From Candidatus Zambryskiibacteriota bacterium (lineage in GTDB: Bacteria > Patescibacteriota > Minisyncoccia > Phycocordibacterales > WO2-35-19), in contig JASNZL010000006.1 of the NCBI GenBank assembly GCA_048499675.1, positions 2,089 through 66,088 on the forward strand: 64,000 nucleotides of DNA, read 5' to 3'. Numbering within the stretch: position 1 is the first letter of the stretch; each line of letters begins with the position of its first letter. The notes under the pieces are model-generated. The model was not told where the DNA came from. It searched no databases and worked only from the letters and a program-made list of their open reading frames with translations. The position numbers were made by a program, and so were the translations under genes. This document shows positions 49,061 to 59,402 of the stretch, piece by piece.

Positions 49061-49644
49061 ATATCTAATTTACGTTGTGACATTAAGGTTTGGATACTAA
49101 ATATTGACTGCGAAGTTGGCTTGTTACCCACGTATCCTTTTATAATTGCAAGAACCCTTGGTTGTACTGAATCACCAGAGGTTGAGCCCATTACATAAAA
49201 CCTAACATACTCAATGCGGGTTTCTGGAGAAGTTATCTCTGTATAAATTGTACTACTATCTGTATATTTTCTTATTGGCGAATTATTTCCTGGCCAACTA
49301 TAAATAATTCTTCTACCTTCAAATGTGACCGAAATACTGCTAGCCCCACCACTAGAACCAATTGGGCAATCATTCTTTGCACCCTGATTAGATGAAAACC
49401 CACAATAATATTCTCCACCAAACTTAATTGTTCTTGCCATATCTTCTATAGAAAAATTGAGGTTATCAACTACCGTCTTCATTGATTTAGCTCTCCTGTT
49501 TGCATCAAAAATAGAGAGGACTGCACCAAGAGCAAAAGTTGCAATCAAAGTAAAGAGTGCAACTGCAACTAAAAGCTCTACAAGAGTGAATCCCTTCTGA
49601 GTAATTCTAAATTGAAAATTGAAAATTGAAAATTTTTTTATCAT
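49057..49644 (-). CDS. PilW-like minor pilin
   Basis: GFTLVELLVAVALF. Confidence 0.82.
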   Translation of the reverse strand: MIKKFSIFNFQFRITQKGFTLVELLVAVALFTLIATFALGAVLSIFDANRRAKSMKTVVDNLNFSIEDMARTIKFGGEYYCGFSSNQGAKNDCPIGSSGGASSISVTFEGRRIIYSWPGNNSPIRKYTDSSTIYTEITSPETRIEYVRFYVMGSTSGDSVQPRVLAIIKGYVGNKPTSQSIFSIQTLMSQRKLDI

Positions 49645-49645
49645 T

Positions 49646-50260
49646 CTATTGTGTAGAAATTATTCCGTTTGAATCAACTCTAACGAAGACTTCTCTTCCG
49701 TTTGGAGAAACCAAATAAACTTTTCCTGGGGGCGCATACTGATTAACAAGTTGGTTTCCATCGTTTAAAAAAACTATAGTAGATGTTGAGGTTGGTCTCC
49801 TATAAGTTACAGAGAGTTGGGAGATCGCGGGGAATTCACAATGCTCAGCCCCCTGTCTAATTCCACATATTTTACTTATAGAAACACCTCGCGTTAAAGA
49901 TTTTTGCTCTAATATCTGATCCTCCCCTACCACATATTTGCTATCATTATTTAAATCGGCATAGAATATGTAATGATATGGCCCATTAAGATCAATATGT
50001 ACACCATACCCCAAATTGAACCCATCTCCAGAGATAGATGAATTACCTTTGACTCCCATAGCATAGACTTGTGCTTGTCGGACCATAAGCAAGAGTTCGT
50101 AGGCTTGTGTATCTACAGCTAACTGGTCATTCCACTTGCCTTGCTGAACAATAAGGACCGTAGATAAAACTGTAGTTATAGCCATAACAACTATCAGTTC
50201 AACCAAAGTAAAAGCTTTGGAATGATTTGGTTTTAATTGTTTTTTAGATTTTATAAACAT
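49646..50260 (-). CDS. FimT/GspH-like minor pilin
   Basis: AFTLVELIVVMAI; RQAQ; GYGVH. Confidence 0.82.
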   Translation of the reverse strand: MFIKSKKQLKPNHSKAFTLVELIVVMAITTVLSTVLIVQQGKWNDQLAVDTQAYELLLMVRQAQVYAMGVKGNSSISGDGFNLGYGVHIDLNGPYHYIFYADLNNDSKYVVGEDQILEQKSLTRGVSISKICGIRQGAEHCEFPAISQLSVTYRRPTSTSTIVFLNDGNQLVNQYAPPGKVYLVSPNGREVFVRVDSNGIISTQ

Positions 50261-50261
50261 T

Positions 50262-51131
50262 TTAGTTTAGGAACACTTCTAGTATGAAATTTATATGAAA
50301 TATGTCTAGGTTAAACAAAAAAGCCAAAAGTATTCCGAGCGATAGGAATGGTCCAAAAGGAATCTCTGACTTAATTGTAAGTCCACTCCTAAACATTGGC
50401 AAATTAATTTTTACTTTTTTGAGAGCCAATAGACCTAAAGAGAAAACCGCTCCTATCCAAAAAGCTAATATGACCGCAGAGACACCGTTTGCAAGTCCCA
50501 AAAATAAACCTATTACAAAAATATATTTTACATCTCCAAATCCGAGCCAGCGTCCCTTCGAAATAAAAAAGAGGAAAAGGAATGGTAGAGCAACGATTAC
50601 ACCAGAAATAAAATGGATTAAAAGAAGCCAGAAGCTAGAAGCTAGAATCCAGTTATATAAAAGAGAAAAAGCAAAAAAGGCAATTAGGAAGGAGTCGGGA
50701 ATGATGAAATGGCGCAAGTCGTAGACCGAAATTAGTAAAATAATTCCAAAAATAGCAGTTAAAATTAAAAATTGGAAAATTGATTGAAAATTAAAAATTA
50801 TAAAACTTGTCCTGAGAGTATCGAAGGATTGAAAATTATCAAAAATCCCTAGTTTTAATGCGACTAAAACCGTCAATATACCCATAACCACCTCTGTAAT
50901 AAATACATCCACTGGTATTTTTGATTGGCAATATCGACACCTTCCCTTGAGAAACAAGAAAGAAAAGATTGGGACCAAATCAGCTCTTTTGAGTTGTGTA
51001 TTACAAGAAAAACAAAATGAACGACCTTTAAAGAATTTTAGACCTGTGTTGAACCTATCCGCAATAACAAGAATGAAGCTACCCAAAGCGGAGCCGAATA
51101 AAAATACAATTACTATCAAAAAATACAGCAT
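50262..51131 (-). CDS. pilD: Prepilin peptidase
   Basis: GSF, RSFCFSC, GRCRYC, YDLRH, GFGDVK, IPFGPFL. Confidence 0.92.
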   Translation of the reverse strand: MLYFLIVIVFLFGSALGSFILVIADRFNTGLKFFKGRSFCFSCNTQLKRADLVPIFSFLFLKGRCRYCQSKIPVDVFITEVVMGILTVLVALKLGIFDNFQSFDTLRTSFIIFNFQSIFQFLILTAIFGIILLISVYDLRHFIIPDSFLIAFFAFSLLYNWILASSFWLLLIHFISGVIVALPFLFLFFISKGRWLGFGDVKYIFVIGLFLGLANGVSAVILAFWIGAVFSLGLLALKKVKINLPMFRSGLTIKSEIPFGPFLSLGILLAFLFNLDIFHINFILEVFLN

Positions 51132-51211
51132 TATTTAATTATAACCTAAATATTATTTATCCAAAACAAAAACGCCATATGGCGTTTTTGTTTCGCAATA
51201 ATCAAATAAGA

Positions 51212-51679
51212 TTATGATGCTGGGCAAGCGGTTGTTGAAAGAGCTGTTGTTACCTGCCTGGACGCACCAGTTGAATCAATACAGAAGAAAGAACCAGATG
51301 TACCTGGGAGACTTGCTTGTATTGCAAAAGCTGATGCACTCGAAACGCACCTAGGAGTTGAACCTGCCGGCCAAGCACCAGTTGCGAAATAAGTATTCAT
51401 ACTAGATGGGCCGTCGGTAAACAACACGGTGTTAGTTGTAGCAGCTTGTCCTATTGGGCAGTTTGCCAATGTGAAAGCTGTTCCGTAGCCATTATTTGTA
51501 TCATAAAATAATTCAGCTGCTGCGCGAAGACTTGATAACTGTGCCTTTACTTTTGCATCATTTCCTCTACCTCTTGCAGTGTTTAACGAAGCCAAAACAA
51601 CTGATGAAAGAATACCAATAATAGCTATGACAACTAGAAGTTCTATAAGTGTAAAACCTTTATTTTTTAAATTAAACAT
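51212..51679 (-). CDS. Type IV major pilin-like protein
   Basis: GFTLIELLVVIAIIGILSSVVLASLNTAR; FCIDSTG; followed by terminator. Confidence 0.9.
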   Translation of the reverse strand: MFNLKNKGFTLIELLVVIAIIGILSSVVLASLNTARGRGNDAKVKAQLSSLRAAAELFYDTNNGYGTAFTLANCPIGQAATTNTVLFTDGPSSMNTYFATGAWPAGSTPRCVSSASAFAIQASLPGTSGSFFCIDSTGASRQVTTALSTTACPAS

Positions 51680-52230
51680 ATTTTTTAATGAATTAACTAA
51701 TGCTCTCTCGAGAGAGAAGCTTGGACAATCGACCTATCTTTTGTGTCCATCAAGCTTGATTACATTATATATAATAGTAAAATTTTTGTTTTTATAGTTG
51801 TGTGGATAACCCCTAAAGGGGAACGAGATACGAAATACGAGTTACGAGTTATTAAAAGGATTAATTAGAAATTTCATTTTTCATTTTGTTCACTACGTTT
51901 GAAAATAAATTACAAAGCACAAATTCCAAATTTTACTAGCTATTTTAGTAAGTTTTATAATTTTGTGTTTTGTTTGTAATTTGTTTCGGATTTAGGATTT
52001 AGGATTTATCATATCTCGTACCTCGTACTTCTTAACTCGTTTTACTAATTCGTGTCATTCGTGCCCATTGGCCCGCCTGCAACGCTTATGCGATAGCATT
52101 TGCGGGTAGATGTATTGGTGTCATGTTAAATTTTGAATTGTAATTTTAAATTTTGAATTTTTAATTAATCCAAAATGCCTTTTTGGATATTAGAATAATC
52201 AAGTCAATTAGAATAATTCTTCTTTTGTGC

Positions 52231-52770
52231 CTACTTTACCCCTTGTATCATAACTGAAACTTGTCTTTCTCTATTATGGTCAAGTTCCACAAGCATTATT
52301 TGTTGCCATTTACCCAAAAGCAGTTTTCCATCTTTTACAATGCAACATAGTGAAGGATGTATCATAAGGGCTTGGGCGTGCGCATGCCCGTTTATACATT
52401 CATGTATCACTCCATTTTCGTCTGGCTCACAGAGATGCGTGTTTCTCTTGCCTTTTTCATTTCTTGAGTCTCTCACATCGTTGTGATTATAGTCATGCAT
52501 TGGACTTGCAAAATTATCTAGAACTTTTCGTAAATCAGAAGCATAGCCGATTTCCTCCGATGGCCCGATTAGGTTTTTTTCGTCTTCGTTTATCCAAACA
52601 CCGCAAGTTGTATGGTGAGTTTGAATAACTATATTTCCATCAATTATTCCTGACTTACTTATCAGTTTTTGAATATCTTCAGTAATAGTTATAAAATGAG
52701 CCCTGTATTTTGTCTGGTATTTGAGAGTCTCAAAATATGAATGAAAAATTAAGCCCATGTGTGAATACAA
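52231..52770 (-). CDS. YjbQ/UPF0047 family protein
   Basis: HTTCG..INE, NGHAH, LGKWQ.I..VELD. Confidence 0.88.
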   Translation of the reverse strand: MYSHMGLIFHSYFETLKYQTKYRAHFITITEDIQKLISKSGIIDGNIVIQTHHTTCGVWINEDEKNLIGPSEEIGYASDLRKVLDNFASPMHDYNHNDVRDSRNEKGKRNTHLCEPDENGVIHECINGHAHAQALMIHPSLCCIVKDGKLLLGKWQQIMLVELDHNRERQVSVMIQGVK

Positions 52771-52796
52771 AAAATTAAGTACTTAAAAATAGTTTA

Positions 52797-53249
52797 TTAG
52801 GGGCAGACTGATACAGCGCTTCCTATTGGTCCTGATATTGTTTTGCCAGCACCCTTACTATCTACACAAAAGTACTCGTTCCCATAGTACAATGACGCTT
52901 TTACAGCATATTCTTGACCGTTAGCCAAACACAAAACTTGAGTAGAAGGAGGCAAATTATTTGACGCTATGTATGTCCCAGGTCTTCCATTCTCGGCTGT
53001 CATATCGCCAAAAATACCAGAGGTGCAGTTGTTTGCTGTTCCATAAGAATTAGGGATTTGATTATAATAATATAGATTTGCTGAGGTTCTAAAACTTATA
53101 AGCTGTTGTTTTATTTTTGAATCATATGACCTTACCCGACTCTGATTTAGGTTAGTCAAAACTACAGCACTAAGAATCCCAACTATTGTAATTACAATCA
53201 GAAGTTCGACTAAAGAGAATCCTTTTTTTGTATTAATTAAATTCTTCAT
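52797..53249 (-). CDS. Type IV pilin-like protein
   Basis: GFSLVELLIVITIVGIL; FCVDSKG. Confidence 0.88.
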   Translation of the reverse strand: MKNLINTKKGFSLVELLIVITIVGILSAVVLTNLNQSRVRSYDSKIKQQLISFRTSANLYYYNQIPNSYGTANNCTSGIFGDMTAENGRPGTYIASNNLPPSTQVLCLANGQEYAVKASLYYGNEYFCVDSKGAGKTISGPIGSAVSVCP

Positions 53250-53274
53250 TTTATAATTATTATCTTAACAAATA

Positions 53275-54486
53275 TTAAGAAACAGTTGAAGCAATGTTAT
53301 AAATCGGCATAAGTACTGAAGCAAGGAGAATTCCGACTCCCACACCCAACCCAACAATCATAACAGGTTCAATCATACCAACAAGCGTATCAACCGCATT
53401 CATAACCTCTCTTTGATAAAACTTGGACATAGTTTTAAGAATTGCTCCAAGCTCCCCCGTCTCTTCCCCAACCTTTATCATCTGGACCAATATACTAGGA
53501 ATTTCTTCCTTGTCACCGAGAGCCACAGATAGCGCTTGACCAGCTTTGACTTTTGAAATTGACTCTTCTAAAAGATTTTTGTAAGTTTCGTTATCAATTA
53601 TAGAAGCAGTAACCTCTATTGCTTTTAACATTGGGATACCTGACAACACCATTGTGCTCATATTGTCTGAAAATCTAGATAGATATAACTTTCTATACAA
53701 ATCGCCAACATAAGGAATATAGAGTCTTGCGTTTGATATTGACCTTTTACCCTCGTCTGTTCTTCCGTACCAAATAACTCCTATGATTGCCATTATCACA
53801 CCTAAAATCATCAATATCCAATTGTTTAAAAAGAAATCGCTAACCGCAAAAACTATCTTAGTATAAAAAGGAACTTCTTGAGCTGATTCTTTTATAATTA
53901 CACCAATTTTTGGAACAATAACAGTAAACATCAAAATCATAACGGCAAAGAAAGTAAATATAACGAAAGCTGGGTAAATCAAGGCATTTTTTGCTTTTGA
54001 TGAAACTTCGTAGTTTCTGTCCATATAGTCCGCAAGATAAGAAAAGGTTTCGTCAATTTTACCCGATTCTTCACCAGCTCTAACCATATTTACATAAAAA
54101 TCTGAGAAAATCTCCGAATGTTTGGCCAATGCACCAGAAATAGAAGCGCCCCCTTGCAAATCATCAACCACTTCAAGTAAATGTTTTTTTAACGTCGGAT
54201 TTTCTGCCTCTTCTGAAATCAGTTTAAAAACTTTTAGTGCAGAAACTTGGGATTCAAACAAAGTGGACATCTGTCGTGACAGAATGACTATGTCTTTGTT
54301 TGAAACCTTATTGAAGAAAGGTATTTTTTTTAAAATATCTCCATCATCTTCATCTTTTGGTTTTACAGAAGAAACAACTAGCCCTCTACTTTGCAAATTA
54401 GATATAGCTGAATCCATATTAAAGGCATCTATTGTACCCTCTTCTTTGTTCCCATTTGTGTTTATGGCTTTATATTCGAAAATCAT
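53275..54486 (-). CDS. pilC: Type IV pilus platform protein
   Basis: AGEESG, ALIYP, VGEETG, IEP, PIY. Confidence 0.93.
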   Translation of the reverse strand: MIFEYKAINTNGNKEEGTIDAFNMDSAISNLQSRGLVVSSVKPKDEDDGDILKKIPFFNKVSNKDIVILSRQMSTLFESQVSALKVFKLISEEAENPTLKKHLLEVVDDLQGGASISGALAKHSEIFSDFYVNMVRAGEESGKIDETFSYLADYMDRNYEVSSKAKNALIYPAFVIFTFFAVMILMFTVIVPKIGVIIKESAQEVPFYTKIVFAVSDFFLNNWILMILGVIMAIIGVIWYGRTDEGKRSISNARLYIPYVGDLYRKLYLSRFSDNMSTMVLSGIPMLKAIEVTASIIDNETYKNLLEESISKVKAGQALSVALGDKEEIPSILVQMIKVGEETGELGAILKTMSKFYQREVMNAVDTLVGMIEPVMIVGLGVGVGILLASVLMPIYNIASTVS

Positions 54487-54487
54487 T

Positions 54488-55537
54488 TTATAGCATTTTT
54501 TCTAGAGCTTTTGGATTGGTTGAATACAAATATGCATTATCCAAACTTATTTCTCCTTTTCTTACTTTATCTACTAAACATCTATTAAAGTCCATCATAC
54601 CTTCTTGTGTTCCTGTTTCAATAATCATATTTAGCTCGTGCGTTCTTTTGTCTCTAATAAGATTTGAAACCGCGGTATTATTAACCATAAGTTCATAAAC
54701 AGGTACAAGACCACCAGATATTCTTGGTACAAGCCTTTGTGAGAAAATCCCAGACAATGAAGCGGCGAGCTGAATTCTGATCTGGTTTTGTTGTGAAGCT
54801 TCAAACGAGTCTATAATACGATCAACAGTCTGAGAAGCATTGTTTGTGTGAAGAGTTGAAAAAACCAAATGGCCTGTTTCAGCAGCAGATACAGCAGTTG
54901 ATATAGTATCCGAATCTCTCATCTCACCTACCATTATTACATTTACATCGGCCCTAAAAGAGTCGTGGAGGGCACTTGCAAAACTTGGAGCATCAAGCCC
55001 AACCTCCCTTTGGTGAATTATAGATTTTTTGGGAGTAAAGAGATATTCTATTGGCTCTTCGATAGTAATAATATTTTCAAGTCTCTCGTTGTTTATAATT
55101 TCTACAAGCGATGCCAAGGTTGTGGATTTGCCGTGTCCCGTTGGACCAACAACCAAGAAAAAGCCAGATTTTAATCTTGCAAAATTCTCTAACTCTGGCG
55201 GGAGATTTAATTCTGAAATTGTCGGTATATTTTTGGGTATATGACGGAAAGCCATACAAATTCTTTGTTGATCAATGTATGTATGAGCCCTAAATCTCTC
55301 ACTTTTGTGTTCGTAAGCAAAATCAGCACTCTGTCTTTTATCAAAAATTTCTTTTTTGTTCTTTGACAGAACATTATCCAAAATACTTACCATTTGTGTT
55401 TTAGTAAATTTTGGATACTTTGTTAGTGGCACTAATTGACCAGAAACTCTAACATAAGGATGTCTACCTTCTGATATATGAAGGTCTGAGGCCCCTTCTC
55501 GCATTACTAATTCAACTAAATTATCTAAATCTTGCAT
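54488..55537 (-). CDS. pilT: Type IV pilus retraction ATPase
   Basis: ASDLH, GPTGHGKSTT, VGEMRD, AETGHLVFSTLHT, AVSNLIRD. Confidence 0.95.
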   Translation of the reverse strand: MQDLDNLVELVMREGASDLHISEGRHPYVRVSGQLVPLTKYPKFTKTQMVSILDNVLSKNKKEIFDKRQSADFAYEHKSERFRAHTYIDQQRICMAFRHIPKNIPTISELNLPPELENFARLKSGFFLVVGPTGHGKSTTLASLVEIINNERLENIITIEEPIEYLFTPKKSIIHQREVGLDAPSFASALHDSFRADVNVIMVGEMRDSDTISTAVSAAETGHLVFSTLHTNNASQTVDRIIDSFEASQQNQIRIQLAASLSGIFSQRLVPRISGGLVPVYELMVNNTAVSNLIRDKRTHELNMIIETGTQEGMMDFNRCLVDKVRKGEISLDNAYLYSTNPKALEKML

Positions 55538-55546
55538 AACAATAAA

Positions 55547-55933
55547 TTACTCTTTTATATACTGCATTACTTGTTCAACCACCTCTGAAGGTGTAGCAGA
55601 AGATTTTACAATGTAACCCTTAACACCAAGTTCCCGTGCTTTTTTGACATCACTTTCATCATTCTGATTTGTAAGCATTATTACTGGAATATTTTCTGCC
55701 AACTTGTCTTTTCTCATCTGTTCCAAAATTTCAAGCCCATTCATTCCAGGCATTACAATATCAAGTAATATCGCTTTAGCACTTGATTCTGTTTTTAATA
55801 CTTCAAACAAAGCCTCCCCAGATTTGCACGAAATAGTCACAATGCCTGAATTTCCGAATTTGGTCGCATACATATCCAACAAAAAATCGTCATCATCAAC
55901 TAATATTATTTTGTTTTTTAAATCTTCAGTCAT
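55547..55933 (-). CDS. Response regulator receiver protein
   Basis: LVDDD, LLDIVMP, LTN, YIVKS. Confidence 0.9.
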   Translation of the reverse strand: MTEDLKNKIILVDDDDFLLDMYATKFGNSGIVTISCKSGEALFEVLKTESSAKAILLDIVMPGMNGLEILEQMRKDKLAENIPVIMLTNQNDESDVKKARELGVKGYIVKSSATPSEVVEQVMQYIKE

Positions 55934-55969
55934 ACAAATATTATATCATTATTAATGACTTAATCGTGT

Positions 55970-57733
55970 TTATAACATATTATACTCTTCAAAAGGAATA
56001 ACTCTTTCAAAAACTTTTATGAGAGCGTCGTCTTTCATTGTAAGCATTCCTTTACTTCGTGCATATTTCCAAATCTCCTGTTCAGTTGGGGTTTTTAATA
56101 TAATTTGCTCTAACTGTTTGTCAATTTCAAGAACTTCCATAACAGCCACCCTACCCTTTACTCCATTTGGACAATTTGGCCCAGGTGCTATCTCGTATAT
56201 TTCTTTACCTATTGGTATTTTGTTTTTATATTGATCTGGCAAATCTTCAAACTGCTTATCAATCATCATTTGAATACTAGCATCCACGGGCACTGCCTTA
56301 CCCGCCCCTGGACACAAAGACCGAGAAAGTCTTTGTGCAATTGCTAGAACTAAAGTTGGTGCAATAAGATAAGGATCGACTCCCATATCCACCAACCTAG
56401 GAATTACTCCAATTGCATTGTTTGTGTGAATAGTTGAAAACACCAAGTGACCAGTCAAAGCTGCTTGAATTGCAAGTTGAGCAGTCTCTTTATCTCTAAT
56501 CTCTCCAACCATTATAATGTCTGGATCCTGACGAAGGGTTGTTCTTAAACCTGAAGCAAATGTATAACCAATATCGGCTCTAACCTGCGACTGGCTCATT
56601 CCTTCCATATTGTATTCAACAGGATCTTCAAGAGAAAGTACGTTTTTATGTTCCTTGTCAACTTCATTCAGCATTGAATAAAGAGTTGTTGATTTACCAC
56701 TTCCAGTAGGACCAGAAATCAATATTAATCCATATGGTCTATTTATAGCACTCATTATTCTTTGTAGATTATCTTTGCTTATACCCAACTCACTTAGTGG
56801 TTTGATACCTTTTTCTTGGTCAAGAATACGAATAACAACTTTTTCACCAAAAAAAGTTGGGAATGTAGAAACACGGAAATCAACTTTTCTTTTATCCATT
56901 TTTGCAGAAAATCTACCGTCTTGAGGTTTTCTTTTTTCATCAAGTCGCATATTACACAAAATTTTTATACGTGCGACTACAGCAGAATGAACTTTTATTG
57001 GCAACACAAGACTTGTATTCATTACCCCATCAACTCTAAAACGAACTCTTACATTGGATACAGTTGGCTCTATGTGAATATCTGAGGCCCTACCATCAAT
57101 AGCATATCTAAGCATTGTGGCAACAATTTTTGTAACAGGTGCATTTCTCACTATTTCGCCACCTTTATTACCAAGGAAATTTAAATCATTTTCTTCAACT
57201 ACATCCTGCGCTTTTTTGTTGTCTTCTTCGTCTGAATCTTTATCAGTTTTGGTTGATTCTGTCACAAATTCTGTCTCGAGCTCTGTCAAAGCTTTTGTTA
57301 CTTCACCAGATAACCCTTTGTACAAATTTATTACCCGATCAAAATCAGACTCAGAAATTATAAACACTTTGAACGGCAAACCTATTTTTGATGATATAAA
57401 ATTCAATGCATCTCTAGCAGAAATATTATCCGGATCTACCATTCCAACATTTAAAATACCATTTTCTACTCCTAGTGGTACAAATCTATAATAGACGGCT
57501 GACTCTTCGGGTAAATAATCCAATAATTTTGATGTGACTTTGTCTATGTCTATTTTTTTGTATGGTACCGAATAATATTCACTCTTGGCCTTCATTATAT
57601 TTTCTTCTTTTATACCCATAGAAATTAAAATATCATCGATATTTTCAGATGAGTCTTTTTGTTTTTCTCTTATAGTGGCCAAATCTTGCTTAGAAATCGC
57701 CCCCTGTTTGACAAGAATATCTAATATGCTCAT
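55970..57733 (-). CDS. pilB: Type IV pilus assembly ATPase
   Basis: ASDIHIEP, PQDGRF, GPTGSGKSTTLY, LRQDPDIIMVGEIRD, TGHLVFSTIHTN. Confidence 0.95.
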   Translation of the reverse strand: MSILDILVKQGAISKQDLATIREKQKDSSENIDDILISMGIKEENIMKAKSEYYSVPYKKIDIDKVTSKLLDYLPEESAVYYRFVPLGVENGILNVGMVDPDNISARDALNFISSKIGLPFKVFIISESDFDRVINLYKGLSGEVTKALTELETEFVTESTKTDKDSDEEDNKKAQDVVEENDLNFLGNKGGEIVRNAPVTKIVATMLRYAIDGRASDIHIEPTVSNVRVRFRVDGVMNTSLVLPIKVHSAVVARIKILCNMRLDEKRKPQDGRFSAKMDKRKVDFRVSTFPTFFGEKVVIRILDQEKGIKPLSELGISKDNLQRIMSAINRPYGLILISGPTGSGKSTTLYSMLNEVDKEHKNVLSLEDPVEYNMEGMSQSQVRADIGYTFASGLRTTLRQDPDIIMVGEIRDKETAQLAIQAALTGHLVFSTIHTNNAIGVIPRLVDMGVDPYLIAPTLVLAIAQRLSRSLCPGAGKAVPVDASIQMMIDKQFEDLPDQYKNKIPIGKEIYEIAPGPNCPNGVKGRVAVMEVLEIDKQLEQIILKTPTEQEIWKYARSKGMLTMKDDALIKVFERVIPFEEYNML

Positions 57734-57745
57734 AAATTAAAATAT

Positions 57746-58048
57746 TTAATTTTGGGAAAATGGATTAGTCTTACCAAGAGGAAGATTAATCAAAGGTATC
57801 TCTATACTTTCCAAAGAATTAAATTTTGGATCATTTATAACAGACGTATCAAAATTTATATTCTCTATAGATTGTATGAGAACAGTAACTCTATCCATTG
57901 TGGCTTGGTTTTCTTGAAATGCAAACTCGTCTATCGGCTCCACAAACAAAAACTTATAACCAAATATTACTATGGCTATGAGTAGTACAACTAACATATT
58001 TGTTCTTGTATTTTTTTTAGTTCTCATTATAGCGTCATATTTAATCAA
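57746..58048 (-). CDS. Small pilus-locus membrane protein (PilP position)
   Basis: TM plus C-terminal GKTNPF. Confidence 0.7.
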   Translation of the reverse strand: MIKYDAIMRTKKNTRTNMLVVLLIAIVIFGYKFLFVEPIDEFAFQENQATMDRVTVLIQSIENINFDTSVINDPKFNSLESIEIPLINLPLGKTNPFSQN

Positions 58049-58595
58049 CAGAAGGTAACCAATAAGTTTCGTAACTCACTCTAAATTCATAAGAATTTAG
58101 AGCAGTTGGTCTTATTTGCAAATTCTTTATATCTAAAATTCTTAAACTTCTTTCTAGTTCATCAGTAAAATTAATAAAATTATTATAGTCTGAAACAAAT
58201 GTAAAACTAATTACTGCTGAATTATAATTCAAAACCTCAAAACCTCCGGGCGAATTTGTCCCTGCCCCCAAATCTGGATTTGCATTTTTTTCTACAACAG
58301 AAATATCATTTATTCTAACTCCGTAATTTGAAGCCACATTATCGATCTGTGAAATTAACCTCACAAAATCTAGAGAATTTGGAAGGATAGTTTCTATTTT
58401 GTTTTTTACTTCTGGCTCAATGTTTTTAACTTGAGTCAAAAGCTCTGTTGTTTTATTTTCTATTTGTTTTACAGCTTCTATAGATTCTTCGTATTTTTTG
58501 TTTTCTTCCATTAATATAGATATGCCACCATAACTTGGTAGAACAAAAGAGTATATAATCGCTATTGAAAGTATTAGATAAGATAATATATTCAT
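58041..58595 (-). CDS. PilO-like protein
   Basis: ILP..D..RL, Y.NF..F...LERSLRILDI, TYWL; position in operon. Confidence 0.8.
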   Translation of the reverse strand: MNILSYLILSIAIIYSFVLPSYGGISILMEENKKYEESIEAVKQIENKTTELLTQVKNIEPEVKNKIETILPNSLDFVRLISQIDNVASNYGVRINDISVVEKNANPDLGAGTNSPGGFEVLNYNSAVISFTFVSDYNNFINFTDELERSLRILDIKNLQIRPTALNSYEFRVSYETYWLPSVD

Positions 58596-58606
58596 ACTCT
58601 TTGTTT

Positions 58607-59317
58607 TTAATTGGTTGTATTAAGGGACTCCTCTGTTTGTGATGTGTTTTCTGTTTCTTCGTTTGACGGAGAACTTTCTGCTTGCTCACCATCTTCTCCA
58701 ATTTGTTCTACACCTGTTTCCGAAAGATTTTCTAACGATACGGGTTCCTCTACAGTGTAAGTAATTATTTTTGGATCTACCTGTAAATAAACATCAAAAG
58801 AAACTCTACCATTTTCTCCCAATCTTAAATTAGAAAAAATAACTTTTTTGTAATTTGGATTTTTAAGAAAAACACTTTCTTGAAAAGCAACTCCAGAGTA
58901 ATTTGTTGCAGAACCTTTTAATGATACAGACAGCCCAGTATTGTCTAAATTGCCATATGTAAAGTCATCAAAAAATACACTGCTCGCAGTACCACTTGCT
59001 AAATCTTTTAGGAAATTGCTTATAACTTCATGTTTTGCTACTAGATTTTTTGAGTAACTTAATTTTCTATCAAACCTCAATACCTCATTTATATCTTCAC
59101 GATTTATGCTGTTTTCTGATTCTATTAATAACGCTTTTAGTTCTGTGTTTTTGTTGTTCAATATTCTTTTATATACAAAAAGACCACCAGCTGAAACTAT
59201 TGATAATATAAAAACCAACAAACCAATAGTTGTTAATAGATTGGGTTTTTCTTTACCAAAGGATTCTTCATTGGTAGGGTCTTTAGGTATGAATGATGAT
59301 TGAATATTTGTAGACAT
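58607..59317 (-). CDS. PilN-like protein
   Basis: SSFIPK N-terminus, TM, coiled coil; follows pilM. Confidence 0.75.
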   Translation of the reverse strand: MSTNIQSSFIPKDPTNEESFGKEKPNLLTTIGLLVFILSIVSAGGLFVYKRILNNKNTELKALLIESENSINREDINEVLRFDRKLSYSKNLVAKHEVISNFLKDLASGTASSVFFDDFTYGNLDNTGLSVSLKGSATNYSGVAFQESVFLKNPNYKKVIFSNLRLGENGRVSFDVYLQVDPKIITYTVEEPVSLENLSETGVEQIGEDGEQAESSPSNEETENTSQTEESLNTTN

Positions 59318-59402
59318 AATTACTTATTAATTATATCTAATGCAAACAAATATTGTAAAGATATATGTTGATTACTTCTTAGGTTTATAAATTAGCAAAA
59401 AA